From Aquirufa sp. (GTDB lineage Bacteria > Bacteroidota > Bacteroidia > Cytophagales > Spirosomataceae): DNA of 64,000 nt. Location of the stretch: the NCBI GenBank assembly GCA_044349095.1, contig JBIKRO010000002.1, positions 47,211 to 111,210 of the forward strand, read 5' to 3'. How positions within the stretch are numbered: the first letter of the stretch is position 1; the number at the start of each line of letters is the position of its first letter. Of the stretch, positions 38,723-48,144 are shown one piece after another. The position numbers and the translations under genes are program-made. The notes below the pieces were generated by a model, which was not told the origin of the DNA, searched no databases, and worked only from the letters and a program-made list of their open reading frames with translations.

Positions 38723-41700
38723 ATGATAAAAAATTACAAAAAGAATCTAACAAGGTTATTGTTAGGCTTGGCTATCATGATGCCAAATTTGATTTTTGCT
38801 CAAGCCAGAATCACTGGTTTGGTCAGTTCTGCCAAGGGCAATGAAGCCATTGCAGGTGTATCAGTCGCCATTAAGGGGACTAGTCAGGGCACATCAACAG
38901 ACGCGAATGGTAAGTATTCCATTAATGCGCCTAGTAACGCAACCCTAGTTTTTTCATTTGTTGGTTTTGTGAAAAAAGAAGTAAGCGTAGGTGCTCAGTC
39001 TGTGATTAATGTTTCTCTTTCTGAAGAAACCACAGCCTTAGATGAAGTAGTCGTTACTGCTTTGGGTATTAAAAAGGAGTCGAAAAAATTAGGTTATGCA
39101 ACCACAACGATCACTCCTGAGGCCATTACAGAGAATAGATCTCCTAACTTCATGAATGCTTTACAAGGTAAAATTGCCGGTGTAAACATTTCATCTCTAG
39201 GAACTGGACCTGCAGGTACTTCTAAAATTCGAATCAGGGGTCAGTCTTCATTCTCTGGTCAAAACTCGCCTTTAATTGTTATCAATGGTGTGCCTATTGA
39301 TAATACCAACTTTGGTACCAATCCAGGTAATAATGCCTCCGATAATTCAATTGGCGTCCGTGGAAGTGGTAATACTTCCGATGGGGGTGATGGTTTGTCA
39401 AGTATAAATCCAGATGACATTGAGTCCATGACGGTTTTGAAAGGAGCAACTGCTGCCGCATTGTATGGTTCTCGTGCGAAAGATGGGGTTTTAATGATCA
39501 CGACAAAAACAAAAGGTAAAACAAAGGGTATCGGCGTTTCATATAATATGAATTACACCAACGAGACACCTTTGGACTTCACTGATTATCAATATGAGTA
39601 TGGCCAAGGAGAAAGTGGTTTGCGCCCTACAACGGCTAACCCGACTTCAGGTCAGTGGTCTTTTGGTGAGAAATTTCAGCCAGGAATGACCCAAGTACTT
39701 TTTGATGGAGTTAGCGTTCCTTATGCGCCTGTATATGATCGAATTAATAAGTTCTTTGTAAAAGGAATGAACTTGACCAATACCGTGAGTATTGCTAGCA
39801 ATAGTGATAACGGTGGTTTCAATATGTCTATTTCTAATATGGATAACAATGGTATTGTTTCAAACAATACGTTTAATCGAAAAACGATCAACTTAGGTTT
39901 TGCTTATGATCTTTCTACGAAGCTATCAGTAGCAGGAAATATCAACTACTCGAATGAGTATAACAAGAACCCACCTAATATTGCGAATCAAGATAACTCG
40001 ATTCCAACAGCCGTTTATAACATGGCTAACTCGATGCCTTTTGATTTGTTAGAGCAGAAAGCGGTGGATGCCAACGGAGACGAGTTTGTATATTCTCGTT
40101 TTAGAAATAGAACGAATCCTTACTTCACCATGAAGAAGCAATTTCAAAACATTAGAAGAGATCGTATTTTCGGAAATATTTCTGCCAAATACAATATCCT
40201 ACCATGGTTATTTGTTCAAGGTAGAGTAGGTCAGGATTATTGGTCACGTGATCAAGATTTTAACAACTTCCCTACAGGACATGCCTCCATCGGGCCTGCA
40301 CCTGCCGGTTTTGTGAATGGAACATATACACAAGAATCTAGAAGATTTAGAGAAACCAATACCGACATTTTGATTTCAGCTACTAAGGCCTTTGGAGATT
40401 TTGAGTTTAATTTAACGGCGGGTGGTAATCAAATGTATCGTCGCTCCGACTTGAATAGTACTCAAGTTGTGGACTTTGTCGTAAGAGATTTATACACAGT
40501 CATGAATGGACGTGTGAAGGATCCGGTTTATGGATTAAGTGAAAGGTCCGTTAATTCCGTGTATGGATCGGGTGAAATTTCATTTAGAAATTATTTGTTT
40601 TTAAATGTAACCGCTCGTAACGACTGGTTCTCTACGCTTTCACCGGCGAATAGAAGCATTTTCTATCCTTCTGTTTCGGGTAGTTATGTATTTTCGCAAG
40701 CATTTGACAACATGCCTTCTTGGTTGACCTTCGGTAAATTAAGAGCTGCTGTGGCAGAAGTGGGATCAGATACGGACGTTTCTCCCTATTCAAACAATTT
40801 GTTTTATGGCATTAACCCCAACTTATTTGCTAATCCTGCCGGTGCTTTGCAACCCGTTGGAGGTGGACAAGGAAACGTGGTGCCTAACGCAGGTTTGAAA
40901 CCAATGAGAACGCGTGAATCTGAAATCGGTTTGGAATTAAAAATGTTCAATAGCCGCGTAACCTTAGATATGGCCGTGTATCAGAAGTTGACCAGCGACC
41001 AAATCGTTTCTGCTCAAATTTCAGATGCTTCAGGATTTACGAACTCCCTTATTAATAGTGGACAAAGTGAGAATAAAGGATTTGAAATGTTATTGAATTT
41101 GGTGCCTATCAAAACAGCAGATTTCCAATGGGATTTAACGCTTAATGGTTCTTATAACACCACAAAGGTATTAAGCTTATTGACTAATACTCCGGGGGAA
41201 AGAATTACAGTAGGTACTCACGTATTTAATGGTGAACTACGTCAGGTAGTAGGCCAAGAAATGGGCCAAATTTATGGCTTTGGCTATAGACGTGATGCTA
41301 ACGGGAAAAGAATTTTTGGGGCTAACGGTATTGCCTTAAGAACTCCTGATTTGATTTCTTTTGGAAGTGCTATTCCTAAGTATGTGGGCGGTATTACAAA
41401 CACGTTTAATTATAAGGGAATTTCATTATCAGCCTTGATTGATTTCAAAGTAGGAAACATGATGCTTTCGGGAACTAATTTCAATGCAGTACGTCACGGA
41501 TTGCATAAGATGACCTTGGAAGGTAGAGAAGGTGGCGTAGTGGCTGATGGAGTGAATGCACAGGGTGGACCCAATACGGCTAAGGCAGGTGTTCAACCAT
41601 TCTGGGAAGTAGTTCGTTCCCAAGCATTAATTGAGCCTGTTGTATATGATGGTAGTTATTGGAAATTACGTCAAATTACAGCTGGATACGATTTTACGAA

Positions 41701-41896
41701 GCACTTAAGCCCGAAATCGCCAATTAAAGGGATCAAATTGAGCTTTGTTGCCAATAATGTATTAATACTCAAAAAATACATAGATAATATTGACCCTGAG
41801 TCATTTGGATATTCTTCAGATAACTTGGTGGGAATGGAGTCAACAGGCTTGCCAACGACTAGAAGTTTAGGATTTAATTTAAATGTTAAATTTTAA
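38723..41896 (+). CDS. SusC/RagA family TonB-dependent outer membrane transporter
   Basis: Signal peptide, CarboxypepD_reg-like 'ITGLVSSAKGNEAIAGVSVAIKGTSQGTSTDANGKYSI', plug 'DEVVVTALGIKKESKKLGYA', and a C-terminal aromatic residue '...NLNVKF'. 1057 aa. Confidence 0.93.
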   Translation: MIKNYKKNLTRLLLGLAIMMPNLIFAQARITGLVSSAKGNEAIAGVSVAIKGTSQGTSTDANGKYSINAPSNATLVFSFVGFVKKEVSVGAQSVINVSLSEETTALDEVVVTALGIKKESKKLGYATTTITPEAITENRSPNFMNALQGKIAGVNISSLGTGPAGTSKIRIRGQSSFSGQNSPLIVINGVPIDNTNFGTNPGNNASDNSIGVRGSGNTSDGGDGLSSINPDDIESMTVLKGATAAALYGSRAKDGVLMITTKTKGKTKGIGVSYNMNYTNETPLDFTDYQYEYGQGESGLRPTTANPTSGQWSFGEKFQPGMTQVLFDGVSVPYAPVYDRINKFFVKGMNLTNTVSIASNSDNGGFNMSISNMDNNGIVSNNTFNRKTINLGFAYDLSTKLSVAGNINYSNEYNKNPPNIANQDNSIPTAVYNMANSMPFDLLEQKAVDANGDEFVYSRFRNRTNPYFTMKKQFQNIRRDRIFGNISAKYNILPWLFVQGRVGQDYWSRDQDFNNFPTGHASIGPAPAGFVNGTYTQESRRFRETNTDILISATKAFGDFEFNLTAGGNQMYRRSDLNSTQVVDFVVRDLYTVMNGRVKDPVYGLSERSVNSVYGSGEISFRNYLFLNVTARNDWFSTLSPANRSIFYPSVSGSYVFSQAFDNMPSWLTFGKLRAAVAEVGSDTDVSPYSNNLFYGINPNLFANPAGALQPVGGGQGNVVPNAGLKPMRTRESEIGLELKMFNSRVTLDMAVYQKLTSDQIVSAQISDASGFTNSLINSGQSENKGFEMLLNLVPIKTADFQWDLTLNGSYNTTKVLSLLTNTPGERITVGTHVFNGELRQVVGQEMGQIYGFGYRRDANGKRIFGANGIALRTPDLISFGSAIPKYVGGITNTFNYKGISLSALIDFKVGNMMLSGTNFNAVRHGLHKMTLEGREGGVVADGVNAQGGPNTAKAGVQPFWEVVRSQALIEPVVYDGSYWKLRQITAGYDFTKHLSPKSPIKGIKLSFVANNVLILKKYIDNIDPESFGYSSDNLVGMESTGLPTTRSLGFNLNVKF

Positions 41897-41918
41897 ATCG
41901 CTTTAAACGAAAAATAAT

Positions 41919-43436
41919 ATGAAAAAGATAGCAATAATTTTATTTTCAGCATGTGGGTTAATAGGACTCAATGCTTGTGATGCGGGCTTCGACGAGATGA
42001 ATGTAAACAAAACAGCGGCAATAGCCATCAACCCTGTTTTTGCATTAAATAACGCCGTAATTAATACTACTCCTCCGTCACCAACAGTTCAATATGAAAT
42101 GGGGATAGTCCAACAAATGATTTCGCCCAACTCTGGGGTTTTAGCAGGGGCTAATTTTAATCAAGATAACCGTGATTATACGCAGGCAACTTGGCAGCGT
42201 TATTACCGTTCTGTGATTCGAAATACCTATGATGTGATCGCTACAACCAAAGATCCGTCAAGAACTAATTTGGTTAACATGGCTAAGATTTTACAATCCT
42301 ATGCCTTTTTAGTGTTGACAGATACGTATGGTGATATTCCTTATACAGAAGCAGGAAAAGGATATACGGATCAAAAAGTTTATCCTAAATATGATAAACA
42401 ACAAGCTGTTTATGCTGGAATTATCAAAGATATATCTGATGCGGTGGCAGCCTTAGATGCTAGTAAAACTAGAGAAACGGCTGATGTCCTTTTTGGAGGT
42501 GATGTGGCAAAATGGAAGAAGTTTGGAAATTCACTTTTGCTTCGTATCGGAATGCGCTTGTCTAAAGTGGACGCAACCCAAGCTCAAGCATTAGTAACTA
42601 GAGCGTTTGCGGGTGGCGTTATCACTACTAATGCAGATAATGTGCTTATTCTTCATGATGCTAATTATTTAAATAGCATAGGCCAATTGTTAAACGCTAC
42701 TGAGGCGAACAATTTTTACCTAGCTGCACCATTCGTTGATCATTTAAAGAAAACAAATGATCCGCGCTTGAGGTCAATCGCGGTACGTTACGTGGGAGCC
42801 ACTTCGGGAACTCAACAAACGCCTGCTAGGGCGGTGATTGATCCTGCTGTTCAAATAGGAATGCCTTTTGGATATGACAACTCTTCAATCAGTGGACCTG
42901 TAAAGACATTAGGTTTAGCTAGTTTTTATGATTTTAGTCAAGCCGACAGAACTCGAATGAATAAAACGACGGCTCGCGCTTATCTAGTAACAGCTTCACA
43001 AACTAATTTATTGTTAGCTGAGGCAGTAACAAGAGGTTGGGTTACAGGAAGCGCCAAAGACTATTATGAAGCAGGTGTTAAAACACACATGGCCCAAGTA
43101 AGCGAAATGGACGCTAATTCAGTGGTTGCTTCAAGCGCCGTTGATGCATATTTAGCTGCAAATCCATTTAATTCAACAACGGCCTTGGAGCAAATTAATA
43201 CGCAATATTGGATTTCATGTTTCTTAAATGGACCTGAAGCATTTGCTAATTTCCGCCGTACAGGATTCCCTAAATTGACGCCCAATCCTTTCTCAGGTAA
43301 AGCTATCAAAGGAGATTTCATCAATCGTTTAACGTATCCTAACTCTGAAATTTCAGTTAATTCGGTGAACGTAAAAGCAGCTATAGCGAACCAAGGTGCG
43401 GATGATTTAGATACCAAAGTTTGGTGGCATAAATAA
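41919..43436 (+). CDS. SusD/RagB-like outer membrane lipoprotein
   Basis: Lipobox 'GLNAC' and a helical TPR-like body. Lies immediately (22 nt) downstream of susC-like. 505 aa. Confidence 0.82.
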   Translation: MKKIAIILFSACGLIGLNACDAGFDEMNVNKTAAIAINPVFALNNAVINTTPPSPTVQYEMGIVQQMISPNSGVLAGANFNQDNRDYTQATWQRYYRSVIRNTYDVIATTKDPSRTNLVNMAKILQSYAFLVLTDTYGDIPYTEAGKGYTDQKVYPKYDKQQAVYAGIIKDISDAVAALDASKTRETADVLFGGDVAKWKKFGNSLLLRIGMRLSKVDATQAQALVTRAFAGGVITTNADNVLILHDANYLNSIGQLLNATEANNFYLAAPFVDHLKKTNDPRLRSIAVRYVGATSGTQQTPARAVIDPAVQIGMPFGYDNSSISGPVKTLGLASFYDFSQADRTRMNKTTARAYLVTASQTNLLLAEAVTRGWVTGSAKDYYEAGVKTHMAQVSEMDANSVVASSAVDAYLAANPFNSTTALEQINTQYWISCFLNGPEAFANFRRTGFPKLTPNPFSGKAIKGDFINRLTYPNSEISVNSVNVKAAIANQGADDLDTKVWWHK

Positions 43437-43461
43437 TGAATACCATAAACCTATAACATAT

Positions 43462-44907
43462 ATGAAAGATTTTGTAAAACGTTTTAGAGCGGAGGATAAA
43501 GCCAAGGCTCAAGAAAACTCAAGAAGAAATTTCCTTCGCAATTCTGCCTTAGGCGGCTTGTCATTGGGGATGATTTTTGATCATGATCCTGAAAAGGAAA
43601 TGGAGTATATTACTCAAAAAGTGAACAAATCGAGTAATCCCTCAGAACTTAAAATTACCGATATTCGTATTGCTGTAATTGACAAAGCACCTATGACTTG
43701 TCCCTTGATTCGTATTGATACAAACCAAGGGCTAGTTGGCTGGGGTGAGGTGCGCGATGGCGCAAGTCCGAAATATGCCATGATGCTGAAAAGCAGATTG
43801 ATGGGTCAAAATCCATGTAATGTGGAGAAGATTTTCAAAATCATCAAGCAATTTGGCGGTCAAGGAAGAGCTGCTGGCGGTGTTTGTGGAGTAGAAATGG
43901 CACTTTGGGATTTAGCAGGAAAGGCTTTTGGCGTTCCTGTGTACCAAATGCTAGGAGGTAAGTATCGCGATGAAATTCGAATTTATGGAGATACTCCTGA
44001 GGTCGCAGATCCAAACGAATTTGCTAAAAAAATGAAGGAACGTCAAAATTTAGGTTTGACATTTTTGAAAATGGACTTTGGTATTCAATTATTAGCTGAT
44101 GTTCCTGGAGCTTTAGTGGGTGGAAAGAATTGGGATGTAAAGAGACAATGGGGGAATAACCCATCTGCGAAGGGAAATGCTCGTTCGTACAGCTGGACGA
44201 AACATCCTTTCACACGTATCCAAGTAACCGATAAAGGGATTCAGTATTTAGCTGATTATGTGGGCACAGTTCGAAATGTGATCGGGTATGATACTCCACT
44301 TGCAGCGGATCATTTTGGTCATTTTGATGTAAATACCGCGATTCGTTTAGGTAATGCGTTGGAGAAATACCAATTAGCTTGGTTAGAGGATATGATACCT
44401 TGGCAGTATACGGAACAATGGCATCAAATTACTTCGGCAATCAATACGCCAACGTTAACCGGTGAAGACATTTACTTGAAAGAAGAATTTATCAAGTTGA
44501 TCGACGCACACGCGGTGGATATGATTCAACCAGATTTAGCTAGTTCAGGTGGTATTTTGGAAACGAAGAAAATAGGTGATTATGCTGAAGAAAATGGAGT
44601 TCCTATGGCAATGCACTTTGCCGGTTCTCCGATTTGCTTTATGGCTAATATTCATTGCGCTGCGGCCACAGAAAATTTTGTTGCGCTTGAGCATCATTCA
44701 TTCGATGTTCCTTGGTGGGAGGATTTAGTGACTGGAATCGAGAAGCCAATTTTCAACAAAGGTTTTGTCAAAGTTCCAAACAAGCCAGGTTTAGGGGTCG
44801 AATTGAATGAAGAGGTAGTAAAAGCCCACTTGAAATCAGGTGAAATGTTCTTTGCTCCTACGGACGATTGGACCAAGATTGATTCATGGGATCGCGAATG
44901 GTCTTAA
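43462..44907 (+). CDS. enolase superfamily protein (mandelate racemase/muconate lactonizing family, acid-sugar dehydratase-like) with a twin-arginine leader
   Basis: Leader '...ENSRRNFLRNSALGGLSLGMIF'. Metal/catalytic blocks are 'AADHFGHFD', 'LAWLEDMIP', 'LTGEDIY', 'MIQPDLASSGG' and 'MAMHFAGSP'. Confidence 0.85.
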   Translation: MKDFVKRFRAEDKAKAQENSRRNFLRNSALGGLSLGMIFDHDPEKEMEYITQKVNKSSNPSELKITDIRIAVIDKAPMTCPLIRIDTNQGLVGWGEVRDGASPKYAMMLKSRLMGQNPCNVEKIFKIIKQFGGQGRAAGGVCGVEMALWDLAGKAFGVPVYQMLGGKYRDEIRIYGDTPEVADPNEFAKKMKERQNLGLTFLKMDFGIQLLADVPGALVGGKNWDVKRQWGNNPSAKGNARSYSWTKHPFTRIQVTDKGIQYLADYVGTVRNVIGYDTPLAADHFGHFDVNTAIRLGNALEKYQLAWLEDMIPWQYTEQWHQITSAINTPTLTGEDIYLKEEFIKLIDAHAVDMIQPDLASSGGILETKKIGDYAEENGVPMAMHFAGSPICFMANIHCAAATENFVALEHHSFDVPWWEDLVTGIEKPIFNKGFVKVPNKPGLGVELNEEVVKAHLKSGEMFFAPTDDWTKIDSWDREWS

Positions 44908-44914
44908 ATTTTAC

Positions 44915-44942
44915 AAGGGTGATGTTCGCATCACCCTTTTTT
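44915..44942 (+). terminator. intrinsic terminator/attenuator inside the locus, after the first enolase-family gene
   Basis: Perfect 10-bp stem AAGGGTGATG/CATCACCCTT, TTCG loop, then a T-run. Confidence 0.7.
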
Positions 44943-44967
44943 ATCTACACATAAACCTATTTATATC

Positions 44968-45897
44968 ATGAAAATTAAAGTAATAATATTGAGTTATTTG
45001 GCCATTAGCCTTTCATTTTTGTCTTTCGGACAAAATATCCAAATGCCAAAAGAGATGATTATGACTTACTCTCAGCAATGGAAGGGTGAGCGCTTTCCTG
45101 ATGGTCGTCCAAGAGTTTCAGATGATTTGGTCAAAAGATTAGCCAAAATTTCCATTGAGGAAGCTTGGGGCGTAATGCGCGGCGAAGGATACGAAAGTCA
45201 ATTTGAAGGGAATTGGCATATTATAAATCCCAATAAGCCGCTTGCTGGCCGTGTCCTGACTGCGCAATACATGCCAATGCGTCCAGATATCAATACGCCC
45301 ATCATGGAAAAGGGGAAATCAGAAAATCGGAAAGGTGCTTCTAATTCCTGGCCTATCGATTTATTACAAGAGAATGATGTGTATGTAGCGGATGGCTATG
45401 GCAAGATTATAGACGGTACTTTGATTGGTGATAATTTAGGAAACTCGATTTATGCCAAATCAAAAACGGGTGTTGTTTTTGACGCCGGTATCCGCGATTT
45501 AGAAGGACTTGAGGCCATTGATGGTTTTGTAGGCTTTGTACGTGGGGTGGATCCTTCATTTATTAAAAATGAAATGTTGACTGGTATCAATTACCCAATC
45601 CGAATTGGTCGTGTCACGGTGATGCCTGGGGATTTGATCTTAGGTAAAAAAGAAGGTGTTATTTTTATTCCTGCTCATTTAGCCGAAAAGGTAATTTCAA
45701 CATCTGAGTTTATTGGCATGACAGATGCTTTTGGCCATTTACGTTTGAAGCAAGGAAAATATACGCCAGGTCAAATAGATCAAAAATGGACGGATGACAT
45801 CAAGGCTGATTTTGTTAAATGGGCCGACGAAAATCCAGATAAGCGTCCGATGTCTAAAGCGGAATTAGCCAAGATTTTGAAAGATAAAAATTGGTAA
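44968..45897 (+). CDS. RraA-like / class II aldolase-like family protein, long form, with a Sec signal peptide
   Basis: Signal 'MKIKVIILSYLAISLSFLSFGQ' and core 'IGDNLGNSIYAKSKTGVVFDAGIRDLEGL', matching the RraA/HMG-aldolase 'G..G.V.DG..RD' region. 309 aa. Confidence 0.75.
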   Translation: MKIKVIILSYLAISLSFLSFGQNIQMPKEMIMTYSQQWKGERFPDGRPRVSDDLVKRLAKISIEEAWGVMRGEGYESQFEGNWHIINPNKPLAGRVLTAQYMPMRPDINTPIMEKGKSENRKGASNSWPIDLLQENDVYVADGYGKIIDGTLIGDNLGNSIYAKSKTGVVFDAGIRDLEGLEAIDGFVGFVRGVDPSFIKNEMLTGINYPIRIGRVTVMPGDLILGKKEGVIFIPAHLAEKVISTSEFIGMTDAFGHLRLKQGKYTPGQIDQKWTDDIKADFVKWADENPDKRPMSKAELAKILKDKNW

Positions 45898-45902
45898 TTC
45901 AG

Positions 45903-46844
45903 ATGAGAAAAATAATCGGAATTTTCGCAATTGTCTTGGTGTCGACGTTCGCGTGGGGCCAACAAATTTCCAAGGAAGAAATGCTTTTTTTGACTCCTTT
46001 ATGGAAAGGGGAACGTTTTGCTGATGGCCGACCAAAGGCCTCTGACGCTTTATTGCAAAGGCTCAAATCCGTGACATTGGAAGAGGCCTGGGCAGTATTG
46101 AAAAATGAAAACTTTAAGCATAATTATGAAGACGGTTGGCAAACCATTAATCCCGATAGTGTGTTAGTGGGTCGAGCGTTAACCGCTACTTTTATGCCGG
46201 GTCGACCAGATATCCAACGGGTTATCGACGACCGTGGTCATACCAAAGACGGAAGAATTAAGTCTCAAAATTCATGGCCCATTGACATGCTAGTCAAAGG
46301 CGATGTTTATGTGGTGGACCAATTTGGTGCACATGAGGATGGTCCGACGATTGGCGATAATTTGGGGAATTCCATTTATGCGAAAACGGGCAATGGCATT
46401 GTGTATAATGGTGCTGTTCGCGACATCAATGGCTTAAAGGAATTAGGTAGGTTTACCTCCTTTTTTCGCACCTATCACCCTTCCCATCATTTAAACAATC
46501 CCGATGGGGAGTTGAATACTACGTTGGTAGGAATAAATACACCGACCCGCATCGGAAAAGCAACGGTTCTTCCAGGAGACGTGGTTTTAGGTCGAGATGG
46601 CGGAGTGATTTTCATCCCTCCACATTTATTGGAAAAAGTGGTAAAGACCTCTGAGATTGTTCGTTTGAGGGATATGTTTGGGCATCAGCGTTTACGCGAG
46701 CAAAAATATACCCCGGGTCAAATTGACAATCGTTGGAGTGAAGAAATCGAAAAAGATTTCTCAAAATGGTTAAATGACAAAATAGACAAATTGCCAGTTC
46801 CTAAGGCACAAATACAAGAATTTTTGAAAGGTAGGACTTGGTAA
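45903..46844 (+). CDS. RraA-like / class II aldolase-like family protein, paralog 2, with a Sec signal peptide
   Basis: Signal 'MRKIIGIFAIVLVSTFAWGQ' and core 'IGDNLGNSIYAKTGNGIVYNGAVRDINGL'. Roughly half its positions are identical to the upstream paralog by eye. The ATG at 45903 is preferred over the TTG at 45891. Confidence 0.75.
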   Translation: MRKIIGIFAIVLVSTFAWGQQISKEEMLFLTPLWKGERFADGRPKASDALLQRLKSVTLEEAWAVLKNENFKHNYEDGWQTINPDSVLVGRALTATFMPGRPDIQRVIDDRGHTKDGRIKSQNSWPIDMLVKGDVYVVDQFGAHEDGPTIGDNLGNSIYAKTGNGIVYNGAVRDINGLKELGRFTSFFRTYHPSHHLNNPDGELNTTLVGINTPTRIGKATVLPGDVVLGRDGGVIFIPPHLLEKVVKTSEIVRLRDMFGHQRLREQKYTPGQIDNRWSEEIEKDFSKWLNDKIDKLPVPKAQIQEFLKGRTW

Positions 46845-46851
46845 AAAATAG

Positions 46852-48144
46852 ATGAAAATGAAAAATAAATCAGATAGACGCGAGTTTTTTAAAAATGGAT
46901 CTTTAGCTGCTTCGGCGTTAATGTCCGGATCCATGTTTCACTGGGGTGGTCGCTATGAAGAGGCCATCAGTGATAATCCAAAGATGTCGGCTCCGGCCGA
47001 CTTGAAAATTACTGACATCAAATGTGGGTATATCCGAGGAGGCTACCACCTGTATGTTAAAATTTTTACGAATCAAGGTATTTATGGCGTGGGAGAAGGT
47101 GCGGATGCAACTCCGGGAACTTATCATTTAGTTAAAATGATGGGCCAACGGATCATTGGCAAAAGCCCATTGAATATCAATCGCTTATTTGAGGACATAC
47201 GCAAAAGTGGATTTTTTGCCGGTGCTCAGTCGGGCATGTATGTAGCTGTTTTGACAGCTGTAGAAAGTGCACTTTGGGATTTGGCTGGGAAGGCTTTGGG
47301 TTTACCGGTGTACCAATTATTAGGTGGAAAATTTAGGGATAAAATCCGTGTCTATATGGACACAGCTTTATATCAAACCAAATTACCTAAGCCCTCTGAT
47401 TTTGCGGAGGCGGCTCAGAAGGCGGTGGATATGGGATTTAATGCGATTAAATTTGACATAGATCAAGCTAATGATCCTAATAAATATGATGCATACAATT
47501 GGACAGCAAGTCCGGCTGAATTAAGACGTATGTTTGAACAAATCGCCGCTGCTCGAAAGCAAGTGGGCCCTGATATCGACATATGTGTGGACATGCATGG
47601 AAGATACGATGCTCCTACCGGTGAAAAAGTAGCGAAAATGATGGAGCCATTAAATTTAATGTGGCTAGAGGAACCCGTTCCAGCTGAGAATATCCAGGCA
47701 TATAAAAAAATCACGGACTCCACTTCTACGCCTATTTGCGCGGGTGAAAACCAGTATTTAGCTTATGGATTTAGGGAGATGTTGGAAATCGGTGCGGTTG
47801 ACATCATCATGCCAGACTTGCAGAAAGCGGGTGGTTTGGGTGAAGGCCAGCGAATTGCCAACTTGTCGAATTTGTATTATGTGCCTTTTGCGCCGCACAT
47901 GGTGTCCTCATTTTTAGGTGCTATGGCTGCTTGTCACGTGTGTGCATCGGTACCGAATTTCTTAATCTTAGAATGGCAAGCGTATTTCCATACGGATCCG
48001 ATGTATAAAGAGATTGTCATTCACAAAGGAGAATGGCTAGATAAAGGATTTATTCCATTATCGAATGAACCAGGTGTGGGTGTTGATATCAACATTGAAG
48101 CCATGCGTAAATACGCAGTTAAAGGAGTTCCGTTTTTTGATTAG
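46852..48144 (+). CDS. enolase superfamily protein (galactonate/mannonate dehydratase-like) with a twin-arginine leader
   Basis: Leader 'MKMKNKSDRREFFKNGSLAASALMSGSMF'. Blocks are 'CVDMHGRYD', 'LMWLEEPVP', 'CAGENQY', 'IIMPDLQKAGG' and 'FAPHMVSS'. Confidence 0.85.
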   Translation: MKMKNKSDRREFFKNGSLAASALMSGSMFHWGGRYEEAISDNPKMSAPADLKITDIKCGYIRGGYHLYVKIFTNQGIYGVGEGADATPGTYHLVKMMGQRIIGKSPLNINRLFEDIRKSGFFAGAQSGMYVAVLTAVESALWDLAGKALGLPVYQLLGGKFRDKIRVYMDTALYQTKLPKPSDFAEAAQKAVDMGFNAIKFDIDQANDPNKYDAYNWTASPAELRRMFEQIAAARKQVGPDIDICVDMHGRYDAPTGEKVAKMMEPLNLMWLEEPVPAENIQAYKKITDSTSTPICAGENQYLAYGFREMLEIGAVDIIMPDLQKAGGLGEGQRIANLSNLYYVPFAPHMVSSFLGAMAACHVCASVPNFLILEWQAYFHTDPMYKEIVIHKGEWLDKGFIPLSNEPGVGVDINIEAMRKYAVKGVPFFD

